DNA of 64,000 bases from Chrysomallon squamiferum. Its lineage: Eukaryota; Animalia; Mollusca. The DNA is taken from positions 8,060,001 through 8,124,000 of the forward strand of contig CM022679.1 of NCBI GenBank assembly GCA_012295275.1, read 5' to 3'. Below are positions 28,809-38,278 of this stretch, one piece after another. Position numbers and translations under genes: made by a program. The notes under the pieces are model-generated. The model ran no database searches, had not been told where the DNA came from, and worked only from the letters and a program-made list of their open reading frames with translations. Position 1 is the stretch's first letter, and every line of letters begins with the position of its first letter.

Positions 28809-30794
28809 CTACTTCAAAATAACAATGCATATCACTAAAGATATGATATGTATCATGATATTCAATAATTCGAATCCAGATCCTGATGACATTTTATTCG
28901 TCAACATATTATGCTCTACGTTCTTGAAATCGCCCTGAACCACTAGCAGAGATGTCAGTGGAGTAACAAATCCGTTTTTCAGCGACATATTTAGAGCTTT
29001 GCTTTCAAGCATTTCAGCCTCTTCGTCGCTCTCAGCAACTGCCATTTCTCGTAGTAAATCCTTTATTTTAAGATAAGCGTAAAGCTTGCAGACAGCTCCA
29101 GTCTCTTTGGGTAGCAACAGTTTTCTGGACACGACCTTCAGATTCATTTTCCCTTCTTTGGAGACGCCGACAACACTAACGTGCATTTTGTCAGGCCTGT
29201 CTATTTTCGTCTTCGTTCTGCCTGCAACAACAATTTCAGTTCCGTCAAAATACTGGAGATATTTCACCTGCGTTACTTGTTCAGGATCAACATCGTTCGT
29301 GTCGTATTTTATGTCGACGTTCATCAGAACGGGAGATTCGATTTCTAAATAGAAATTGGTTAGCTGACTGCTGGCGTCTTGCTCATCGTAAATTCGACGC
29401 ATAAAGCCGCTGTTTTCCCATGAAACCCGCTTCAGGAATTCAGTGTTCAAGTTAAAGCCAAAGGCCAGTGAGAATATGGCTATACGATTCGGTCCGTTGT
29501 TAGCTTCCAGCACGTTGTTTCGAATGGTTTTTGTGTTAGTGACTCCATTTGTCGGATCTCCGTCGGTCAGAAATACAATGAGATTAGCCCTTGTTCCTTC
29601 AACGTCCATCGAATTCTTCAACACGTTTACAGCTTCCAATAACGCTTCATTAATATCCGTGCCACCCTCAGCTTGGACGTTTTCTCTGGCGTACACTTTT
29701 GCCCTTTCAATGTTATTCTTGTCGGCGACTTGCATCTTAGGTGCCCAGGTTCGCACAGATTGGTCGAATAATAAAATATTAAATATATCTCCCGATTTGA
29801 GTTTGTCGAGAATAACCAGAAGAGATTCTCTAGCTTGTTTTATTTTGTTTCCCGACATGGATCCGCTGATGTCTACAACAAATACAATGTTCTTACCCAA
29901 CGGTTGAAGATTTTTTGGTGCCAAGTAGTGGTTGAAGCAGTCGTCTTTAATGATCATAACTCCTCCATCTTGTCTCTGATTGACATCATACGTTACTACG
30001 AATTCACCGTCAATTCCAGATTTGACATCAAACGTCTTCTGTTCTTCGACTGTTGGTTTATAAATAATAGCTCTTGTTGTTGGTGACGCAAGGAGATTAG
30101 TATTACCTCCAGAATCCGTCATTTCCGTGGTGTTTTGGGGTAACGTGAAAGTAAATTCTTTGAAACCTTGTGGTTCATTGAAATCTGCTTTCAGTGTGAG
30201 ATCAGGAACAATCTGCAGAGGCTGGATGTTGAATCTCTGAATATATTTAAATCGACGACGTTCTAGGAGTTCTTGGTACGTGAGTTCAAATGATACCTCG
30301 GAGTTGGCTGCGACATTAACGTTAATGTTAAAGATATCCATATCTCTTCTCATCTTTATATTACCTTCACTGACCTGCCCTGCAGTCTGACCATGTTTTT
30401 TAGCTTCATCGTACTTCTTCTGCGCTTCTTTCTTCTCGTACACTTGTGCCAGGAACCTGGTGCCATTGATAACCAATGCGAATTTCGATATGAATGCTGT
30501 CTGAGGAATCTGTACGGTAAATGTCGCTTCTCTACTCGTGTTTTGTTTATTCACCATTCGGCTGAACACAACGACAGTAGCAAATCGAGCTTCTACTTGA
30601 GACGAAATTCGAAACTCCGCAATGTCAGGTTGACCTCCTGCCGCAAGGCCGAGATTCCCCGATCGTTTTTGCCTCGTTTTATCTTCCCCAAATACAAACA
30701 CCGACTTCTCCTTTACAGAGGCGCCGCACACGTGAAAAAGACACGCATTAACCAAACCTGTTACACCTATCACGAGAAAGATGTTCACATTCAT
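28809..30794 (-). CDS. ITIH: Inter-alpha-trypsin inhibitor heavy chain-like protein (VIT + vWA), divergent copy 0, intronless, 661 aa, predicted signal peptide and GPI/hydrophobic tail
   Basis: Hydrophobic N-terminus and furin-like RQKR. VIT motifs (ARFA, F.VQIPQTAFISKF, GQTAGQV, FELTYQELL.R), HYLAPKNL, MIDAS DISGS...GGTDIN...LTDGDP, YFDGTEIVVAG, KLYAYL, GFVTPLTSL. Ends SSGSG + hydrophobic tail. Confidence 0.93.
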   Translation of the reverse strand: MNVNIFLVIGVTGLVNACLFHVCGASVKEKSVFVFGEDKTRQKRSGNLGLAAGGQPDIAEFRISSQVEARFATVVVFSRMVNKQNTSREATFTVQIPQTAFISKFALVINGTRFLAQVYEKKEAQKKYDEAKKHGQTAGQVSEGNIKMRRDMDIFNINVNVAANSEVSFELTYQELLERRRFKYIQRFNIQPLQIVPDLTLKADFNEPQGFKEFTFTLPQNTTEMTDSGGNTNLLASPTTRAIIYKPTVEEQKTFDVKSGIDGEFVVTYDVNQRQDGGVMIIKDDCFNHYLAPKNLQPLGKNIVFVVDISGSMSGNKIKQARESLLVILDKLKSGDIFNILLFDQSVRTWAPKMQVADKNNIERAKVYARENVQAEGGTDINEALLEAVNVLKNSMDVEGTRANLIVFLTDGDPTNGVTNTKTIRNNVLEANNGPNRIAIFSLAFGFNLNTEFLKRVSWENSGFMRRIYDEQDASSQLTNFYLEIESPVLMNVDIKYDTNDVDPEQVTQVKYLQYFDGTEIVVAGRTKTKIDRPDKMHVSVVGVSKEGKMNLKVVSRKLLLPKETGAVCKLYAYLKIKDLLREMAVAESDEEAEMLESKALNMSLKNGFVTPLTSLLVVQGDFKNVEHNMLTNKMSSGSGFELLNIMIHIISLVICIVILK

Positions 30795-31328
30795 TGCGGT
30801 GTATTTTTAAAATATTATTATCCAGTCGATATCATTTCCTCGTTCTACCAAACGTCGCCTTGCATATGACAGTTTCGCAGACATGCGCATAACTATTTAA
30901 ATCGATAGACCGGTGGCTATTTCTGCAAGGATAAACCAATCAATAACTGATGTCAGCCTATTTTTAATGAAAGTGAGTGAAAAATCAATTACAGAATAGA
31001 TTATACTGTTACTACTCTTATAATAATTTATGCTTAAATATTTTAATGTTATTTTGTCGAGCCAGTTAAAGAAATATAGGAGGAAATATTATAATTAAAA
31101 TAAACGAAGAAAATATAAAGTAAGAAAAAAAAAAAAAAAAAAAAATAAAATAAAATAAATAAATAAATCACTGGAACACACAGTGAGAAGTCTGACAAGG
31201 TTTGATTGACCACAGAAACAGAATGACTAAAAAATGGAAATAAAAAAAGTAATAATAATAATAATAAAATAAATTTTAAACAGAATGATAAAAATTCTTG
31301 TATTAGCAAATATATAAAATTAATAAAA

Positions 31329-31367
<39 letters not shown>

Positions 31368-31780
31368 CGTAAATAAATACGAATTTTCACGAATGTTACA
31401 GTCAAAGGTCAGTCGAGGGTCAGCTTACAAACAACGTTTACATCCAGAAATTAATAAATAAAACTGATGTGGACAAACACAAACAAGTATTTTATAAAAA
31501 AAAAATTATATTTTTTTTTAATTTAGAAAAGAGAGATGTGAGACTGCCGTCCAGCTTTTTCGACTACCTATTCATACTGTTTGAATTGAGTCTCTGATAT
31601 CAGCTGTGATAGGGTATCATTGAAAGCGTTCCTTCTCTAGTCTCGATATATATCTATATCTATATAGATTTAGATATATATCTATATCTATATTCCCCCT
31701 TCCAGGTCCGCTATTTCCTCGTGAAAATAGTCTTTCACTCTGGTTCTAATTATAAAATCGGTAAATAGTGTTTTTTTAAA

Positions 31781-31842
<62 letters not shown>

Positions 31843-32129
31843 TATTATTATGCTGTTGTTGTTGTTTTTGTTGTTCTTTTTAAATAGATTATTTCATACA
31901 TTAATAAAGTACACCCCCTAAAAAAAAAAACTAAAAAACAAAAAACAAACAACAACAACAACATAAAAAATAAATATAAAATAACTGATTGTGCTTGTGT
32001 ATACCGACTTTGGAAATAAACTTTGTTTAATTGTTAAAATAACATAATAGTTAAAATATATAATCACTACAAAGACCTAGATAATTTTTATTATTATTAT
32101 TATTATTTATTTATTATTATTATTATTAT

Positions 32130-32477
32130 TACCTTATTTTTCTTGGTGTTTTGTTTATAATGTAAATAAATGTAACTGGATCTGACAATAAATCAATACC
32201 GAAGAGCTGATTTCTTTAAGGCAACATTTATATTTATGTTGTCCGATATCATATCTTGTATCGACATTGATTCTATCCAGTGTTTGAGCAGACTGAAAAA
32301 AAAAATCCTTAAAATTACAAACTAAGTTATAATTTACAATATTCGGGATAAGGGCTTAATTCAAATTTAACACTAAAAAGGTGCCACAGTTTAAAACATA
32401 TGCAGCGGGGTACTGAGTTATATAAACAACAATGACGAATTACTGGATTGTTTAATGTTTGCATTTTTGTTATTTAA

Positions 32478-32572
<95 letters not shown>

Positions 32573-32694
32573 AATATTCAAAAATTCACCGGTTCTACAA
32601 CATTTTCTGAATCGTTGTTTCATATGTCCTATTTATTTATTTAATTATTAAGCGTTATTTTCACGACGATAAATGATAGCATTCAGCCTAATTT

Positions 32695-32730
<36 letters not shown>

Positions 32731-32830
32731 ATATTTAGACTTACCAGTGATATGTAATTTTGTATTTTATTTGTAAGTGTTATTTTCAGACAGATAGAAG
32801 TAATCTGTTCACATTCAGCCTAATTGTTTT
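32130..32830 (+). repeat. Inverted copy of the array's intergenic spacer modules (5' flank of the pseudogene)
   Basis: 32135-32365 is the reverse complement of the 42290-42520-type module. 32735-32825 is the reverse complement of the 41820-41920-type module. Confidence 0.8.
32480..32572. repeat. (CT)n microsatellite
   Basis: Direct reading. Confidence 0.97.
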
Positions 32831-33205
32831 TTAATCGTTTATATATTAACACACACACTGAAAACGTGACACGTCGTGTATTATATATCTGACCTTGACA
32901 TCTATAACAGATTTCATTTTTTCCTAGCAAGTAATTAGCTGATACCGATACGAAGGAAAAACCACCCTCACACAAGATTATAATAATATTAAAAAAAACC
33001 CCCAAAAATCCGGGTTATAATGTTTAAAAATAGTATTGTTCAAGTAAAAGCATGAAGCTCTGAGTTACATTACGGATAAAAGTTGAAGTGGCATCTTCTT
33101 AACGTTGAGATGTTACCCAGATTTTAAAGATCTTGGCTGTGATCATTTTTATCACATACTTCATAACATCCAACAGAGTAAGACGTTGCAGAATTCTTTA
33201 TTACC

Positions 33206-34829
33206 ATGAAACGTTCACTACATTTACTTAGCTTATGTATTTTATTCTTTCCTGTTCTGGCAGAGATAAACTCGAATGGAAAAGCAGCTAATGAGGGTAA
33301 CAAAATTGAAATAACAGAATTTCACATCTGGTCTAAAGTTGAGTCCAGATTTGCAGTCGTAAATGTCTACAGCAGCATGATCAACAGAAGGAATGAAAGC
33401 AAAGACACATCAATCGTGTTTCAGATTCCAGAAACTGCTTTTATTTCTACTTTCTACATGGTAATTAATGGATCGGCTTATTTGGGAAAACTGTATCCTA
33501 AGAATGAAACACAGAAATATGACGATGCAAAAGGAAAAGGTCAAACAGCCTGGCAAATCAATCAACTAGAAATATCAGAAAAAAGATATATGGATGCGTA
33601 CAAGGTTAGCTTCAGTGTGGCGGCAGACTCTCACGTTTCGATTCACCTCACTTACCAAGAACTGCTAAAACGCAAACTTTCTCGATACGTTCAGAGATTC
33701 ATTATCCAGCCTCAACAAATTGTTCGCGATCTTATATTAAAAGCAGAATTCGAGGAACCACAAGGTTTCAAACAATTTGACTTTCAGCTTCGCAACGGAA
33801 CTTAGAGAATGACATTTTCCAGAGACAGTGTAAAACTTCGAGAGTCTCCCAATTCTAAAACAATCTACTACAAACCCTCAGCTGCAGAGCAAATTATGTA
33901 CAATAATCTGACTGGAATGAACGTTGAATTTGAGGTTGAGTATGATGTGAACCAGAAACGAGACGGAGGAGTGATGATCATCAACAACGGCTGTTTCGTT
34001 CACTTTCTGGCACCCAGTGATCTTCCACCTTTGAACAAAAACATTATATTTCTTATCGATATGAGTGGATCGATGGAGGGCAATAAAATAAATCGTACAA
34101 GAGAATCACTCTTCATCATATTTGACAAGCTGCGGCCAGAAGATGTTTTTAACTTAATATTGTTCAATGGAAATGTCATAAAATGGCGCCAAGAACCGCA
34201 AGTCGCAAACAGCGAAAATATTACATTAGCCAAACAGTATGTAGAACAAAACGTAATAGCAGATGGTTCCACAAATATTAATTCGGCTTTGTTGGAGGCC
34301 ATCCGCTCACTGCAAACATCATTCAGTCTTTCAGGAACACGATCTAATCTCATTATGTTTCTGTCGGATGGAGAACCTTCTTCAGGGGTAACTGATCTCA
34401 AGACAATTGAGGACAACGTACGGAAAGCAAACAGTGGAACGACGGAAATTGCGATATTCTCACTGGCTTTTGGATTTGATTTAGATTTTGAGTTTTTGAA
34501 GAAACTGTCTCGTTACTGCTGGCAACTGTAAACTCTACGCTTACCTCAAAGTTAAAGATCTGCTGAAGAAAATGGGCGTAGCGGAAACAACCGAAAAAGC
34601 GGACAGGTATGAAAGACTGGCTGAGAAAATGTCTCTGAAGCATCGCTTTGTGACACCTCTGACGTCATTTGTCGTAGTGGTGGGAGATCAGGTGACACCT
34701 TGGGAAAGACCGGAATTCTTTCCGGAGCCGGTAGACACTGATCCGGTATACTCGACGAATTCTGCAGGTTTTCTCACGCCAAGCTTTGCGCTGTGTTACA
34801 TCACTTTACTGACTGCAGCTTCACCTTGA
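33206..34829 (+). pseudogene. ITIH: Inverted ITIH-like pseudogene (nonsense codon plus two deletions, frameshifted)
   Basis: Collinear with copies A-E. CAG->TAG at 33803-33805. At 34510/34525 it lacks 179 bp and 114 bp relative to copy A (38712-38890 and 38583-38696), keeping a 15-bp island between them. The total of 293 bp matches the length difference and shifts the frame. Confidence 0.92.
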
Positions 34830-35165
34830 ACGCTAACACTTTCAATAATTATAATCTGTAATTTCATATTCCACCTTTTTTATATGTCAATTAATACACA
34901 TGTTTTTTATTTTCATTTATTTCATTATTTTTTAATCTTTTATAAATTAATATAATCAGTCCATTTTATAGGATAATTAAACGTATACATGAACTTAGCT
35001 AATTAAAAAACGCCGTCAAGGACTGTTAATATGTCAGAATGTTTCTGTGTGTGCGTGTGTGAGAGTTTATGTTTGTTTGTTTACGAGAGTGCTTGTTCCA
35101 GATAAGCATGTATCTGTCAAAACAGAGTGTGTTTGAAGATACAAGAATAAATATTTTGTGAGAAT

Positions 35166-35236
35166 CTCTCTCTCTCTCTCTCTCTCTCTTACTCTACTGT
35201 TCTCTCTCTTTCTCTCTCTCTCTCTTACTCTACTGT

Positions 35237-35320
<84 letters not shown>

Positions 35321-35326
35321 CTCTCT
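35166..35326. repeat. Compound (CT)n microsatellite
   Basis: CT runs interrupted by a duplicated tactctactgt. Confidence 0.95.
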
Positions 35327-36169
35327 TATTAAACTGATTTTCACTTATTCACACACACAGTGTTCTCTTAATCTGAACAGCAGTCTTCTTGTTCTGGAGA
35401 ATATTCAACATCTTTGTGTCATTTTCTTCACCGACTGTCTGCAATAAAAACAGTTTAAAACAAAACTAACAATTACTGAATACAGTTGACATTAAAAGCA
35501 TATCTTTCGTGGCAGTACAGTCTTTATCACATTCATAGACAGGGAGGTAACTCTTACTACACTAAACAATTATACTAACTCGAGTCTTTCGACAGATTCG
35601 GATCTATCCACTAACAACAATTCATTTTAAAAATATGTACGGCATAATTTACATTACAGTATAAGGGAATCAACAGCATACTTAAATTAACGAATAAAAG
35701 AGATACCTTTGAGTCACTTTGCGTTGCTATTAAACATACTGCTGCAGGATTTCCCCTAAATGGTTCATCTGTAAAAGATTCTAATAAAAACTGGAACCTG
35801 CATACTGTTTATTGAGAATGTACACGTGTTAAGTAATGCAATATGTCACCAGAAAGACTCAACTGCTCGATAAACCATATTTATAATTAATTTGTTACAG
35901 CATAACGAGTCGGCAATACAATAAAGATATATCGGAAAACATCGCAGTAAAATTATTTATTTTATTTATACCAATAATTATTACTTTGCTGGTCAAAGAT
36001 GAATTCATTTCACAGACAAGTATATTAATTTAACAGAAGTAAAATTAGACAATATATCAAAAGAAAGAAAGAAGGAAAAAACCAATTGCTTATAAAAAAA
36101 AGTCTACATACAGGCCTACGTCTACGCATTTGATTGTTCTTTCATTTACATATTTTTATCATAAAATAT

Positions 36170-36366
36170 TCAGAATAAATAATCCAAAAAATATATTTAA
36201 AGAACAAATTAAATTTTTTTTTTCTGTAATTTTCCTCTTTCATTAAAAACTAAATAAAATAAGACAAAATCTAATAAATACAGTAATTAAAAAAAAACAA
36301 AAAAAATGAGTAAAATTTTTTTTTTTTAAATTAAGAATTTATAAACTAAATAAAATGATCTAATAC

Positions 36367-36410
<44 letters not shown>

Positions 36411-36449
36411 AATTAAATTTAATGAAATAAAAAAAAAAAAAACACGCAA

Positions 36450-36487
<38 letters not shown>

Positions 36488-37320
36488 CAGTGAAATGAAA
36501 TAAATAAATAAAAACATGTTAAATAACTGAAATGAAATAAAACAAAAGAATAAAATTTAAATGTAATATTAGAAATAAAGGCATAACCAAATAATTTAAA
36601 TGGCATTAAGAAAAAATACTGTAAAAAAATAAAATTAGAAAATAAAATAATAAATTAGAAAAAAAAAAAAAAAAAACAATTGATCAAATAAAATAAATAA
36701 ATTATGAAATAAAATAATATAAATTTGACCGAAATTAAAATCAAATTAAACATAAAATAAAACAAAAATTAAATAATATAAAAATATTCAATATAATAAA
36801 ACAAATAAAATGAAATACAATAAAGAAAATGAATTAACAATAACAAATCAGTTACATAATAAATAAAAAAAACCTGAATGAAATAAATTAATCACTGAAT
36901 TGACCAAAAGATTAAACAAAGAAATATAACAAGTACATTTATTTTAAAAGGTATTAAATAAAATAAATAAAGTAAATAAAATAATTAAATTAAATAAAAT
37001 GACACAAAATAAAATAAGATGAAATAAACAAACCAAAAAAAAAAAATTAAATAAATAAATAAAAAAAAAATTAAATAAATATAATAATTAAGTATAAGAA
37101 AAATATAAAAAATGATAAATATGTTAAATTAAATAAATAGAAAATAATTACATAAAATTAATTTAAAAAGTGTAATATAAAAAACGATAAATCAGTTAAA
37201 TTAAATAAAATGAAAATAAATACATAAAATTAATTTAAAAAGTAAATATAAATAAACAAAATATAATTTAAAAATATTATTAAACACTAAAAATGTAAAA
37301 TAAAAGAGAAATCATTATTT
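36170..37320. repeat. Extremely A-rich low-complexity tract with poly-A and (AAT)n runs
   Basis: Almost only A/T with strong A skew. The right part matches the aataaaataaattaa...tgaccaaaagatt spacer module. Confidence 0.8.
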
Positions 37321-38278
37321 ATTTATAGTTACACAACGACAATTTCTTTCCTAATTCTTCAAATAAATCAGAAAAACTGGTTTCGTTTTGTTTATTTGAT
37401 CAATAACAACGGACACGTGAAACTTTAAAATGATTTATTAACAGATTAAAATTCCATATACACAAAATATTAATTAATCTATTTAAAAAAAAATAAAACT
37501 AAGACGAAATGAAAAATACAAAAAAGAAGAAAAATAAACTATGATAGATTATTGCATCTTAATTCATTCTCGAATCTTTATTAATAATTTTATTAATAAT
37601 TCGCGACTAATTTTTCTTTTGATTTTGATAATTTTCGTCTTACTCCAGATTCATTCACTGGAAAATAATTTCATTCACACTTAGTTGAATTATTCATCAT
37701 TTTAAGAAGCAATGTCCTAGAAACAGCGTTTGGCATGACAGTATCTTTGACAGTTAAAGGGAGAGAATTCTGGGTTTCATCGCTTAAAAAATTAACAAAT
37801 CTTCAGACATAAAACTTTACCTGATCTGTTATTTCTACATCTGAATTAAAAATATTCTGTAATCTCAAGCAGTAACTGAGAAACTCTCTGTAACTTATTG
37901 GTAAAACATTATTCTGAAATATGTTTGGTCGAAGAATCAAAGTTCCTTGGTTCTGCATCTAGACTATTTTTAATTATCGTTAATAATATAGACCGGATGA
38001 AGGCAAATGAAGACATATAAATGTTGATATGTTTTGTGACAATAATTGATATTCATTAAAATTTACATAAAAGTACTCTAGAAAATAATATAGCATTAAA
38101 ATAAACTTTTTTGAAACTAAAGAAATGATAAAAACAAGTACTAGAAAGTAATACACACGGTCTTTTAGTAACTGATATTAATCTGGTTATATTTTAAATC
38201 CACTGTTCTATCCTTAAGTACAGATTTAGATCTTGTCTCTGATATACTGTAGATTATAATTATTGAAAATGTGAAAGT

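Noticed and set aside
31646-31692. Palindromic (TATATC/GATATA) hairpin
   Set aside because: Low-complexity AT repeat in which self-complementarity is expected by chance.
33800-33810. Programmed stop read-through or recoding joining the 199-aa and 240-aa ORFs
   Set aside because: The stop is a simple CAG->TAG change, and the same copy has a downstream frameshifting deletion, so pseudogenisation explains it.
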